Part shown: positions 8,517 through 18,620 of the stretch, piece after piece
Position numbering within the stretch: the stretch's first letter is position 1
Layout: every line of letters begins with the position of its first letter
DNA from: Candidatus Sumerlaeota bacterium
GTDB lineage: Bacteria; Sumerlaeota; Sumerlaeia; MWCT01; JAUWMI01
Direction of reading: 5' to 3'
Assembly: GCA_030613245.1 (NCBI GenBank)
Contig: JAUWMI010000003.1
Location: 65,062 to 129,061 of the forward strand
Length of the DNA: 64,000 nt
Program-made: the position numbers and the translations under genes
The notes under the pieces: model-generated
What the model was told of the DNA's origin: nothing
What the model saw: the letters and a program-made list of their open reading frames with translations, nothing else
Databases searched by the model: none

Positions 8517-10601
8517 ATGGCCATGACACCGTCCGAACCTGGCATCAGGCGAATGCAGATATGGCTGGTTGTCTTCTTCATTTGTTTTTATGGGCTCTTC
8601 TTTTCCGGTGCCTTTTATTCGAGCGACGAAGTGCTGATGGGACTGGTGACCAAGAACATCGTCGAGCATGGAAAACTCACGTTTGAAGAGACTTACGGCC
8701 AGACTTCAACAGGCTATGGAGTGGGGCAATCGCTTGTCGGCATACCGTTTTACCTGCTTGACCGACTGCTCAAGCGCATAGAGCCCACCCTGGTTCAAGC
8801 CGACGTTGGTTTTCTGCCCCTGACCAATGTGGTGATTATCACCCTGCTGTGTCTTTATTTTTTCAGACTCGTTCTCTTGTTAGTGGGAGATACAGGTGTA
8901 GCGCTGGCGAGCGCGCTGGTGCTGGGGTGCGCGACACTTGCGCTGCCTTACTCACAGACTTTTTTCTCTGAACCACTGAGTGCCCTGTGCTTTCTAGGTG
9001 CGTTCTATTACCTTGTGGCCGGCACTCGATCTCAGCAGAGGGACCTGTACGCAAAGGCCGGACTCTTTTTCGCTTTCGGCATATTGACGAAATTCTCGGC
9101 AATTCTTTTCCTGCCGCTCTATCTGCTTTTTTATATTGGCAATGTGCGACAGCAATCATCAGCGGATAGACGCATCCGCGCTGGTGTTCTCTGCTGGTTA
9201 ATCATTCCCGCGCTCCTGGCAATGATTGTTACCGGGTGTATCAACTACGGGCTGCGCGGATCGTTCTTTAAGACGGCTTATGAGGGATCGGACTTCACTA
9301 CAAATATTCTCACAGGCGCATACGGGTCGCTCGTGAGTGTTGGGCGAGGTCTGTTTATCTACAATCCTGTGCTCCTGGTCAGTCTCTTGTTTTTCCCAAG
9401 GTTCTTCCGGCGCGAGCGCCTGATCAGCCTCTTCGCGCTTCTCTTCTTCCTGCTCCAGCTCTACCTTTACGGTAAATTCTGGACGTGGCACGCAGGATGG
9501 ACGCTGGGCTCGCGCTTTCTTCTTGCTTCGATCCCGTTTTTTCTTCTTCCACTGAGCATTGGGTTGAAAGAGGCCGATGCTCAAACTCCGCTCCGGTGGC
9601 TGTTCGTGTGGGTCATAGTGGGAGTGAGCATTCTGGTGCAGCTGTTGAACGCCGTGGTGAATTCTATTGCGTACAATAACGAAATCTGGGGCTTGTTGCC
9701 GGGAGAGAATGCGTTTCTCTTCATCCCGCAGGTATCGTCGCTGGCAGGCGCGTGGTACCTGATCGGGGATGGGAAGATTCAGCTCTGGCTGTATCGGTTG
9801 ATCGCGGGGCAATTTCATTGGGTGCTCGCACTTTTTTACGTACTGTGCGTGGTGGGCCTCGGGTTCAGCGGGTCAGTGCTGAGGCGGTTGCGTGGCTGGC
9901 CGCAATTTAGGATTGTCGGGCTGCGGGATGTGTGTCGCGACTTTTTCCGGTTAAATAGATGGGTGCCGATCTGGTTGGTGCTCTTTGTTATTTGCGCTGC
10001 TGGGGTAAGAATTTTCCAGGGACCGCGAGGCCTGGTGAAGGAACATAGGAAGGGAGCTGCGGCGCAGGAAGTGACTCTGGACAAACGGTTGCGCTTTAGC
10101 AGCCCGCAAAGCAGCGGCTCTGAGGAATCCAGGCATTGGTCAGGGTATCTTGAAGCGCCGATAACTGGCACGTACGAGTTCTTTATGAAGGTTAAGGGCA
10201 CATACTCTGTTTCTTTGAATAATACCCAGCTTTTTGTGAACATAAAGGAAATCCCACAGCATCTACCCAGAGCATCCATAGAGCTTCAGCAGGGAATGTA
10301 TCCGCTCACGTTTCAGTATCAGCCGCATCCAGGCGAGAATGGATTGATGTACGTATACTGGACGATCCCGGGTGGCGGTTATTACGTGCAGCCGATACCC
10401 GGGAGGTATCTCTATCCCGAGCGTCCGACTACTCTCGAGCGAATCTGCACACGGCTGTGGCGCTATCTCTGGCTGATCGCGCTGGTGGGCGTGCTAGCGC
10501 CGGTGTTGCTCGCCACTCGCTATAGGAAAGAGTCGTGTCCACGGAATTCTGATGCGGCGGTGTCCATCACACGAAGCACTGGAGAAGATGGCAATGGCTG
10601 A
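8517..10601 (+). CDS. polytopic membrane protein, GT-C (PMT/ArnT-like) fold with a C-terminal PA14-like domain
   Basis: SSDE acidic motif after TM1, TFFSEP and many TM helices. WSGYLEAPITGTYEF is PA14-like. RBS aaggag; the stop overlaps the oppC start (ATGGCTGA). Confidence 0.65.
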   Translation: MAMTPSEPGIRRMQIWLVVFFICFYGLFFSGAFYSSDEVLMGLVTKNIVEHGKLTFEETYGQTSTGYGVGQSLVGIPFYLLDRLLKRIEPTLVQADVGFLPLTNVVIITLLCLYFFRLVLLLVGDTGVALASALVLGCATLALPYSQTFFSEPLSALCFLGAFYYLVAGTRSQQRDLYAKAGLFFAFGILTKFSAILFLPLYLLFYIGNVRQQSSADRRIRAGVLCWLIIPALLAMIVTGCINYGLRGSFFKTAYEGSDFTTNILTGAYGSLVSVGRGLFIYNPVLLVSLLFFPRFFRRERLISLFALLFFLLQLYLYGKFWTWHAGWTLGSRFLLASIPFFLLPLSIGLKEADAQTPLRWLFVWVIVGVSILVQLLNAVVNSIAYNNEIWGLLPGENAFLFIPQVSSLAGAWYLIGDGKIQLWLYRLIAGQFHWVLALFYVLCVVGLGFSGSVLRRLRGWPQFRIVGLRDVCRDFFRLNRWVPIWLVLFVICAAGVRIFQGPRGLVKEHRKGAAAQEVTLDKRLRFSSPQSSGSEESRHWSGYLEAPITGTYEFFMKVKGTYSVSLNNTQLFVNIKEIPQHLPRASIELQQGMYPLTFQYQPHPGENGLMYVYWTIPGGGYYVQPIPGRYLYPERPTTLERICTRLWRYLWLIALVGVLAPVLLATRYRKESCPRNSDAAVSITRSTGEDGNG

Positions 10602-11442
10602 GATTTCGCTATGGAGATCTGCAGCGCGACGGCTCTGCCGTAATCCTATGGCTGTGGTGGGCGGCTGCATTGTGCTGTTTCTGATTGGAGCGGCAATTTT
10701 TGGGCCCTGGATTTCACCCTATTCGTATTATGAGAATGACTATGAGCATACTAATGAGGGCCCGAGCTGGAGTCACTGGTTTGGGACTGATTATCTAGGG
10801 CGTGATCAGCTGACGCGGGTGCTGTACGGGGCGCGCATCTCTCTTGCAGTCGGCGTGGTGGCAAGCCTGATCAGCGTGGTGATTGGCGTTACGTTCGGTG
10901 GGATTGCTGGCTACGTAGGTGGTCGCACAGACGCAGTGATGATGCGGATTGTGGACATCTTTTATGGCATTCCACTGATTCTCTTTGTCATCCTGCTCAT
11001 GGTGGTGTTCCAGCCGGGGTTAAAAAATATCTTCCTTGCCCTGGGATTTACATACTGGCTTGCGATGGCGCGCATTGTGCGCGGCCAGGTGCTTAGCCTG
11101 AAAGCGCAGGATTTCGTTATGGCTGAACGCGCTTTGGGCGCATCGCACACCCGGATCATCTTTCGGCATATCATCAGCAATACTCTTGGCCCGATAATCG
11201 TAACGCTGACCCTGAGCATCCCGGAAGCGATCTTTGCCGAATCGTTTCTGAGCTACATTGGCCTTGGGGTTTCGGCACCACTGGCAAGCTGGGGCACACT
11301 GGCCGCGGATGCGACGAGTGGGATTCGTGCGTATCCGTACATGCTCTTCTTCCCGGCAGCGGCGATTAGCATTTCCATGCTGGCGTTCAATTTTCTGGGC
11401 GATGGGCTGCGGGATGCACTCGATCCGCGACACATCCGCTGA
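10594..11442 (+). CDS. oppC: oligopeptide ABC transporter permease
   Basis: HWFGTDYLGRD, GARISL, AFNFLGDGLRDALDP. Confidence 0.92.
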   Translation: MAEISLWRSAARRLCRNPMAVVGGCIVLFLIGAAIFGPWISPYSYYENDYEHTNEGPSWSHWFGTDYLGRDQLTRVLYGARISLAVGVVASLISVVIGVTFGGIAGYVGGRTDAVMMRIVDIFYGIPLILFVILLMVVFQPGLKNIFLALGFTYWLAMARIVRGQVLSLKAQDFVMAERALGASHTRIIFRHIISNTLGPIIVTLTLSIPEAIFAESFLSYIGLGVSAPLASWGTLAADATSGIRAYPYMLFFPAAAISISMLAFNFLGDGLRDALDPRHIR

Positions 11443-11550
11443 GCAGCGCGAACCTGCGCCCGTATGAATATTACCTGGGGACACGTTGCGACGCGCTCCT
11501 ACTGCATAGCAAGCCCGATGTAGCAACACAAATTCGATGAGGCATAGTGA

Positions 11551-13830
11551 ATGAGACATTTTGTTGGCGAGGCTATTCTGGCATGTCTGCTAATCGCTTT
11601 GGTTATTCCTGCGCTCGTCTTACCCTGGTCGCTCATTGATGATGCGCTCTATTTCTTTGAAAGTCATCGTCTACTTCTTCAGCTTGGCCTCACTTCCCCT
11701 ATCACGCATCTTGACCTTTCCGCCTATGCGCAACCGCACAATCCGTGGGTAGTAAGCCGTCTTATTGGTGCTGTTGAACAGCTGATCGCCGGAGGAACCG
11801 TATGGTTGTATCATGTCTTTAGGTTGGTAAATTTTCTCATGTGTGTGGCGCTTCTGTATTTGATTGTCTTCCAGATATCCCGCGATCAGCGTGCAGCCCG
11901 GCTGGGTGTGCTGCTGTTCGCGCTCTTTTCTCCGATCCATTATAGCAGTGATTGCCAGGCCTACCTGGCGAACTGGTATCGGCTGCATACGACAGATTCG
12001 GTGCTGGTGCCCTTTTATCTGCTGATGGTATTTTTGCTTGTGCAGATCTTAAAAAGAAGCATTGCGGTGCGGACTGTGCAAGGCAGCGATGTACGAATAG
12101 GCATCGCTGCGTTAGGTCTACTCTTCCTGGCTGTGTTTGTTAAGCAGACTATCGTGGCCGTTCCGATTGCCATGGTGATCTTGTGTGTGGTGCTGGTTGC
12201 AACGCGCCAGAAAAGGCCGGTTTGCGTCTTCTGGGGCATCATGACTGCAGCAGGCATCGTCGTGGTTGCACTTGGCATGTTGATCATGCGTGTTGCGATC
12301 ACGGTTGGGGATGTCTCCTATATCGAAGAGTATTCGTTTACAAGCCGACAGATCAGCGAGGGTTTCAGCAAATATCTGTCGTACCTTATCGTGGGTATGG
12401 GTCCGCTATTCTACGTCTGCCTCGGCTCATTTGTGTATCGGTTGATCAAGAGTGTGATACAGAAGACGAGGCTGTCGGTTGTGCAGATTGGTCAGTTGTT
12501 TTTCCTCGCCCTGGCGCTGTGTGGATTGTTGATTTATACTCCATGGCCGCACTTTTTGCCGCGCTATATGCCAATTATGGTAGCGCCACTGGCAGCGTTC
12601 ATGGGAGTGGAAGGTCTGGCATTGTGGCGGGAGTGTCAGTTGGTGTTTCAGCAAATTCGGACGAGCACAGGAATCTGGCTCGGAGTTGGGGCAGTGGTTC
12701 TGGTGCTTTTTCTCGGGTTGATCTGCCTGCCTTTTGCAGGGAAAGCCGTTTGTTTCCTTCTGCTGGCAAGTGTCGTAGTGGGGCTGGTGGCTGTTGTGCC
12801 ACGCGCGGTGTCATGGCCCCAGCGCCTACGGGGACTCCTTGCAACAACGGTAGCCGTGGTGTTGTTTATGGCTGTAGGCGCATTCCTCCTGATGGGACTC
12901 ATGGCGAATATTCATTTCATCAGAAACTATACGGCCAGCGAGAATGTAAACGCGCTAATGGTAGAAGAGCTGGCAGCGCATCTGCCCGCGCGCGGGGATC
13001 TTTTTCTTATGTTGCCAATGGGTTCAGAATTGGGCGGTTCAACAGATCTTCTTTTGAAGCTTTTTCACGGCAAGCCAGAGGTAAATTCGGCGTATCTTCA
13101 ACCAAACATGGATGAGCCGATTCCTGCAGGGGCGCTGCTGCTCTATCACGCCGAGCATTCACCTGTCTTGCTTCAGGGCGGCCATAAACTTACTGTGGAT
13201 CAGCGCTCAGATGTCCGCAGTTTACTTGGGAGTTTCATTTCCACAGGATCAGCATTTGGACAGACATTTGTTACCGGGCCCAAAACGGACTATCTTGCAC
13301 GGATAGTGGTACTGCTAGACAATAGCTATATGGATCCGTCAGAAAAGGTGATGCTCACCCTGTGGGACAGTCCGGAAAAACGACGCACGCTTGGTGTCTC
13401 CACTCTTGAAGGGGCCGAGCGCCCGGGACAGAATCCAGATCTAGTCAGCTTTGCCTTTGCTGAACCGGTTCCAGTGCAGCCCAATAACTCGTATTATTTT
13501 GAGCTGACGTATCAGGGAAGGCACGGGTTGCCGGGACGCTACACGCTCTTTACGCCGGGTGACGTGTATAAACATGGCAGGGCGTACTTCGGAGGTGCGC
13601 CGCAAAAGCTAGACATAATTTTCACCACCTGTGCTGGTTGGCGAAAACCAATGGACGTAGTATGGGAAGAGCGCGAGCGAGTTGTTACCACAGTAATGGA
13701 GCCGTGGCCTCGAGTGTTGAAAAGGGCTGCACGCTGGGGTTTGCTTGAGCCGCGGTATCGTCTGCTTCGTAAAGCTCAGGCCGAGTACGGGTGGACGATC
13801 TATGAGGCGCGGGAGTCATTTACCATGTAA
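11551..13830 (+). CDS. polytopic membrane protein, probable GT-C-fold glycosyltransferase with extracytoplasmic C-terminal domain
   Basis: IDD motif after the first TM, ~13 hydrophobic segments, PRY motif, soluble beta-rich C-terminus. Confidence 0.55.
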   Translation: MRHFVGEAILACLLIALVIPALVLPWSLIDDALYFFESHRLLLQLGLTSPITHLDLSAYAQPHNPWVVSRLIGAVEQLIAGGTVWLYHVFRLVNFLMCVALLYLIVFQISRDQRAARLGVLLFALFSPIHYSSDCQAYLANWYRLHTTDSVLVPFYLLMVFLLVQILKRSIAVRTVQGSDVRIGIAALGLLFLAVFVKQTIVAVPIAMVILCVVLVATRQKRPVCVFWGIMTAAGIVVVALGMLIMRVAITVGDVSYIEEYSFTSRQISEGFSKYLSYLIVGMGPLFYVCLGSFVYRLIKSVIQKTRLSVVQIGQLFFLALALCGLLIYTPWPHFLPRYMPIMVAPLAAFMGVEGLALWRECQLVFQQIRTSTGIWLGVGAVVLVLFLGLICLPFAGKAVCFLLLASVVVGLVAVVPRAVSWPQRLRGLLATTVAVVLFMAVGAFLLMGLMANIHFIRNYTASENVNALMVEELAAHLPARGDLFLMLPMGSELGGSTDLLLKLFHGKPEVNSAYLQPNMDEPIPAGALLLYHAEHSPVLLQGGHKLTVDQRSDVRSLLGSFISTGSAFGQTFVTGPKTDYLARIVVLLDNSYMDPSEKVMLTLWDSPEKRRTLGVSTLEGAERPGQNPDLVSFAFAEPVPVQPNNSYYFELTYQGRHGLPGRYTLFTPGDVYKHGRAYFGGAPQKLDIIFTTCAGWRKPMDVVWEERERVVTTVMEPWPRVLKRAARWGLLEPRYRLLRKAQAEYGWTIYEARESFTM

Positions 13831-13923
13831 GGACGAGAGACGGAACACTTTTCATGCTTGCTATTGATTGTGACCTTGGCTAATGTGGGGATAAAGTATG
13901 TACAAAAAGAGAGGAGAAAATTG

Positions 13924-15684
13924 ATGAGATTGCGAAAAGTTGTTTATGTGTTATTGCTTAGCGTGGCAGTGGGCGTATGGAGCGTGCCGATCTGGGCCCA
14001 GCCGCAAACAGGAGTAAAGTACGTGGTCTGCGAGCTCAGCGGGCCGGTCAATGAGAAGGCGGACATCTATAGTTTTATTTATCCGCGCTACTACACCGTG
14101 AAGGAGTACCTCGACCTCTTTGCCAGGGCGAAGACAGATGCTGACGTTCGCGGTATTATTCTCAAAGTTCAGTTTCCAGAACTGGGCTGGGCAAAGATCC
14201 AGCAGTTGCGCCGCGCAATTGCAGACTTTCGTGAATCAGGAAAGAAGGTGTACGCCTTCCTGGAGGTTGAATCGCTGGGCGGGTATCTGGTGGCATCGGC
14301 CTGCGACCGGATTGTGCTGGCACCATCGGGTATGCTACTCATCGTTGGCTTGCGCGCAGATATCTATTATTTGAAAGGCCTCTTATCAAAGCTCGGCATT
14401 GAGGCGGACATGCTGCACATTGGGAAGTATAAGACCGGAGCGGAAACTATGGCCCGTAGCTCAATGTCGGAGGAAATGCGTGAAGTGCTGAATTCACTAC
14501 TGGATGAGCTGTACGATCAGATGGCGACGATGATCGGCGAGGGTAGGAATCTGACGCCGGAACGCGTCAAAGCGATTGTGGATCAAGGGCCGTTTACGCC
14601 GACTGAAGCCAGGAGCAATAATCTGATTGACGTCGTCGGATACAAAGATGACTTTTTGCAGGATCTGGAAACTTCTTATGGGCAGAAGATCGAGCTGGTG
14701 CGCGACTATGGTAAGGAAAAACCAGCGATGGAGCAGATGTCATTCTTCAATATCTTCACGCTATTTCAGAAGCCCGAACGTGCAGCACCTGAAGTGGGCA
14801 AGAAGAAAATCGCGCTGGTCTATGCGGTGGGGCCTGTTCTGCCAGGCTCCGGAGAAGATTATCCGTTTGCTGAGAATCTGATTGCGGCGGATGATCTGAT
14901 CAGTGATCTCCAGGAATGTCAGAAGGACGAGCAGATAAAAGCCATTGTGATGCGAGTGGACAGTCCGGGCGGATCAGCACTAGCATCGGATCTGATCTGG
15001 AAGGCAGTCAATGAGGTAAAAAAGGAGAAGCCGGTCGTGGTCTCGATGTCCGATGTTGCAGGCTCCGGAGGCTACTACATCTCGATGGCCGCACATAAGA
15101 TTGTCGCGGAGCCTGGAACAATTACGGGCGCAATTGGAGTAATTGGTGGCAAATTCATCTTGGGAGAGCTATACGACAAGATTGGGGTGAACAAGGAGAG
15201 CCTTAGCCGTGGTCAGCGCAGCCACCTTTTTTCTGAGTCCTCCAGGTTCTCAGACGACGAGCGGCAGGTGATGCGTAAGCTTTTGCGGCATATTTATGAT
15301 ATGTTCGTGGCGAAGGCGGCAGAGTCGCGTAATATGTCGGTTGCGGAGATGGATGAAGTAGCGCAGGGGCGAGCATGGCTAGGCACGCAGGCGAAAGACC
15401 GGGGACTCGTGGATGAGATCGGCGGATTGGAGACCGCCATGGAGATTGCTAAGGAACTGGCGCACATTGCTAAGGACGAAGAGATCAGCGTAGTGGTGTA
15501 TCCAAAGCAACTCGGACTTTTTGAATTTATTCAGAAGATGTTTGGCGGGCAGGCCGCCGTGACACAGCTGCTTCCCCTGAATGCGGCTGAGATTCAGCTC
15601 ATACGTCAGGCCACGGTCTTCTTTCCCTTGATGCGACGAGAAAAAGCTCTGATGTTGATGCCTTACACACTTCGCTGGGAATAG
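13924..15684 (+). CDS. sppA: signal peptide peptidase (S49, long form)
   Basis: GKYKTG, RVDSPGGSALAS, SMSDVAGSGGYYI, TITGAIGV, AQGRAW. RBS aggag upstream of 13924. Confidence 0.9.
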   Translation: MRLRKVVYVLLLSVAVGVWSVPIWAQPQTGVKYVVCELSGPVNEKADIYSFIYPRYYTVKEYLDLFARAKTDADVRGIILKVQFPELGWAKIQQLRRAIADFRESGKKVYAFLEVESLGGYLVASACDRIVLAPSGMLLIVGLRADIYYLKGLLSKLGIEADMLHIGKYKTGAETMARSSMSEEMREVLNSLLDELYDQMATMIGEGRNLTPERVKAIVDQGPFTPTEARSNNLIDVVGYKDDFLQDLETSYGQKIELVRDYGKEKPAMEQMSFFNIFTLFQKPERAAPEVGKKKIALVYAVGPVLPGSGEDYPFAENLIAADDLISDLQECQKDEQIKAIVMRVDSPGGSALASDLIWKAVNEVKKEKPVVVSMSDVAGSGGYYISMAAHKIVAEPGTITGAIGVIGGKFILGELYDKIGVNKESLSRGQRSHLFSESSRFSDDERQVMRKLLRHIYDMFVAKAAESRNMSVAEMDEVAQGRAWLGTQAKDRGLVDEIGGLETAMEIAKELAHIAKDEEISVVVYPKQLGLFEFIQKMFGGQAAVTQLLPLNAAEIQLIRQATVFFPLMRREKALMLMPYTLRWE

Positions 15685-15754
15685 GAGAGCGGTCTGATTC
15701 AGGCTTGTAGGGCAGACACGTGAAACGAGTCTTCCGGGTAGAAGGCCTGGTCTA

Positions 15755-17023
15755 TTAGTATAAAAGATACTGCTGGCGTTTCTTCATAAACTTCTCCACA
15801 TCCGCTTTCCAGCTCTGAATGATCTCCTGAGCCGGCTTTCCTGCCTGTAAAGCACGCCGTACTGCATCGGTGCCCCATACCAGATCGAACATCTTCATGC
15901 GAGACGTCATCTCTGACCCTCCAAGAATCTGTTGATCGGGGTAGAGTTTGAGCAGAACTTCCATCATGTGTACCGCCACTTCAAGGGGGCGAACTGCATC
16001 GAAGTTTGTGATGTGGATCTGAACGCCCGCGCACTGTTGCTCCTCGAATTTATAGTATCTTGGAATAAAGAAGGTGGGCCGGAAATACACGCCGGGCAGA
16101 TGCCGGGCATTGAGCACCTCCGCCAGCTTAAATGCATCTATCCAGGGAGCGCCAATAAGCTCGAATGGCAGCGTGGTTCCTACACCCTCGCACACGGTTT
16201 GCATTTCGCCGAGTGTGCCGGTAATGGCAATATAGAAGGCGCTTTCCGGCCGAGGAATTCCCATTGATGTAGCCACCCATGGCAGGCCCGTGTGCCACCA
16301 TTTCATCGTTCGCTTCCACCCCTCCATTTTCACCACGTGCAGCTTGCAATTGATCTTGAATTCCTTATTGAAGAACATGGCGATCTCGCCCGGAGTCATG
16401 CCGTAGAGATAGGCTATTGGGTACTTGCCAACAAAGGAGGAGTATGCCGAGTCGTCGAGAATGTTGCCGTCAACGAGCTCACCGCCGAGAGGATTTGGCC
16501 GGTCAAGCACGATGAAGGGTATCTTTTTTTCAGCCGCAGCTTCCATTGCGTTGGCCATGGTGTAGATGAACGTATAGGTGCGATTGCCAATGTCCTGAAT
16601 GTCGTAGATGAGAAGGTCGAGGCCGTCGAGCCATTCGGGCAAAGGCTTCCGAGTCTTTCCATAGAGGCTGTACGCCTTGAGTCCGGTGAGCGGATCAATT
16701 ACGGCGGGGATGTACTTGCCTGCAAAATACTGACCCCAGACCCCGTGTTCCGGACCAAACAGTGCCACGAGCTGGCAGTCCGGGCTTTCGTGCAGGCGCT
16801 TGATGGTGGGCTGAAAGCGGCTGTTGATGCCGGTGGTATTTGTAATCAGGCCGATCTTTTTCCCACGAATGAGATCGAGATTTTTCTCAAACAGCATTTC
16901 GTTGCCGAGTTTCACGGCGGGCGTAGGATCTGGCACATGGGAAAGATCTGCATGCTGGCCGAACAGCGCTATCGGGCATGTGAATAGAACAATGGTAATC
17001 AGGGATTGGATGAGCTGTTTCAT
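15755..17023 (-). CDS. namZ: exo-beta-N-acetylmuramidase NamZ (DUF1343) family
   Basis: LFGPEHG, SLYGKTRKP, DIQDIGNRTYTF, VLDRPNPLGG, GMTPGE, C-terminal YLLY. Confidence 0.88.
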   Translation of the reverse strand: MKQLIQSLITIVLFTCPIALFGQHADLSHVPDPTPAVKLGNEMLFEKNLDLIRGKKIGLITNTTGINSRFQPTIKRLHESPDCQLVALFGPEHGVWGQYFAGKYIPAVIDPLTGLKAYSLYGKTRKPLPEWLDGLDLLIYDIQDIGNRTYTFIYTMANAMEAAAEKKIPFIVLDRPNPLGGELVDGNILDDSAYSSFVGKYPIAYLYGMTPGEIAMFFNKEFKINCKLHVVKMEGWKRTMKWWHTGLPWVATSMGIPRPESAFYIAITGTLGEMQTVCEGVGTTLPFELIGAPWIDAFKLAEVLNARHLPGVYFRPTFFIPRYYKFEEQQCAGVQIHITNFDAVRPLEVAVHMMEVLLKLYPDQQILGGSEMTSRMKMFDLVWGTDAVRRALQAGKPAQEIIQSWKADVEKFMKKRQQYLLY

Positions 17024-17197
17024 AAGTACGCCTCCTTGTCGATATTCTTTTCACTCTATCGAGTGACATCCATGTGACAGTGTTGCTTCATAGCCACCGG
17101 GTGTTTGCCAGAATCAGACAAATTGCACATTATTCCGCTCAGTGGGTATCAGGGTAGTTTGTATCAAGCGGTGAAGAAAAGGGTCAAGCAGGAATTC

Positions 17198-17238
17198 AAA
17201 AAAATAGCGGGCGAGCTGAATTTTCATGCTCGCCCGCT
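17198..17238 (-). terminator. intrinsic terminator of the 17302-18207 gene
   Basis: Minus strand reads agcgggcgagc-loop-gctcgcccgct followed by attttttt. A degenerate copy lies at about 3530-3570 on +. Confidence 0.7.
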
Positions 17239-17301
17239 CGGGCTGTGTCTTATTGTCCCCATCATGCTATCGCGCCTGGAAATTTCTAAATCGCTGCACT
17301 T

Positions 17302-18207
17302 CTATTCGTACAGAGTCCAGCGCGGATCCGCAGCAGTCACATCTCCTGACGGTTCAAGCTCGTATGGAGGCAAATAGACTTCAATGTCATCAACGTAAAG
17401 TGGAGCCCCGCTCGGCCCAATACTAATCATATCCGCATAGGCGGCGTAAAACCCAACGCCTCCTGCAGTCAGGAGAGCACTCCCCTCACCGGCACCAGGG
17501 TTAGTTAAGTAATCCATCCGGATAAGAGGTGGAGTACTCGCGTTTATGTCGTTAACAATCTCCTCGTACGACTTATCCACATAGGCGTCAACACGGTTGG
17601 TGACGTCAAGATCTGTGCCTGAAAAGACCAGGGTCAGGCGATACCACCCTTGGTTTGGCAGTGTTTGCTGAACCCATTCTTCTGGCGCGTTCATTGCTGG
17701 AGTATCAAAGTTTTTACGCATGCCCCAACCGGGAAAAACCAGACTCCAGCCAGCCGGGTCTATTGGATAATAGCCGAGTTTTACTCCACTGCCCCAGTGT
17801 GGGGCGTCTATGTTAGTGCGTCCCATGAGGCACGTGTCGCCACGATGCGTTGGATCGGTACTGATGCACACAAACATCTGGATGGAGACCATGTACTCGG
17901 TCCAGGTATTCTCGCCACCAACCAGGCCCCTGGTTCCGTGATTGAGCGACACGACATCGCAGCGCAACGCATAATTGTCTCCACTGGGATTTGGGAAAAC
18001 GAGTCCAGCTGGATAATAATCGTCTGAACTGACGATATTGAAAGTTCCCGCGTCGCCACCCACAAGCAGATCCGTCCAGGTCTGATCATATGTGCCGCCG
18101 CTAAAGTGCTCTTCCCAAACAGGCTGGTATCCCGCCAGGGCAATTGACGCGCTGCAAAGCATAACAAGCATCAAAAGCAGCGGCCGTTGTGCAAATGTGT
18201 GTTTCAC
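17302..18207 (-). CDS. secreted domain-A protein ending in the short tail SGDVTAADPRWTLYE
   Basis: RBS ggaggtg and a signal peptide nearly identical to that of the 3631 gene. Framework shared with 3631-4416. Confidence 0.88.
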   Translation of the reverse strand: MKHTFAQRPLLLMLVMLCSASIALAGYQPVWEEHFSGGTYDQTWTDLLVGGDAGTFNIVSSDDYYPAGLVFPNPSGDNYALRCDVVSLNHGTRGLVGGENTWTEYMVSIQMFVCISTDPTHRGDTCLMGRTNIDAPHWGSGVKLGYYPIDPAGWSLVFPGWGMRKNFDTPAMNAPEEWVQQTLPNQGWYRLTLVFSGTDLDVTNRVDAYVDKSYEEIVNDINASTPPLIRMDYLTNPGAGEGSALLTAGGVGFYAAYADMISIGPSGAPLYVDDIEVYLPPYELEPSGDVTAADPRWTLYE

Positions 18208-18500
18208 GCTGTCACCTCCCTATTTGTTGTATTGTGTTTTCCTCTTCTGTAAACTCCTAGAGGAACTCAAGAAACCATATTCTGACTAGCAGACTTAAGA
18301 TTTTTGTGCAAGGGAAATCTTGCCTTTTCCTGGGTAGTTACCGCATTTTTTGCAAAGCGCCCCTTAAGAGTCCTTGCGTAGATATCAGGGATTCATTTGT
18401 ACATAGTTGAAGATGGTCATATAAATGACATTTTGGCTAGTTTATAAATTGTTCGAAACGGAAGAGAGAAGAAGTCAGGAATCAAAAGGAGGCTCCTTAA

Positions 18501-18620
18501 GGCAAGCGGTATGAGGCTTATAGTGCTGGACCATAATCCTCAAGCGTGAATTCTTACGCCAATAAGGTAATGGCAGAAACCGGTGTTGATATTTCAACGC
18601 ATCATTCAAAGAAGGTTTGA
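18501..18620 (+). pseudogene. arsC: internal remnant of thioredoxin-type arsenate reductase (ArsC / LMW-PTP family)
   Basis: Reads GKRYEAYSAG, then a stop and frameshift, then VNSYANKVMAETGVDISTHHSKKV-stop. This matches the ArsC SAG..P..A.KVM.E.G.DIS.H.SK segment. Confidence 0.7.

Noticed and set aside
15755..15775. NamZ C-terminal YLLY as another W-x-L-Y tail
   Set aside because: YLLY is the usual conserved end of the NamZ family and lacks the Trp.
3631..18207. Diversity-generating retroelement (TR/VR pair)
   Set aside because: Differences include indels and non-adenine synonymous changes, both copies are coding, and no reverse transcriptase is in the window.
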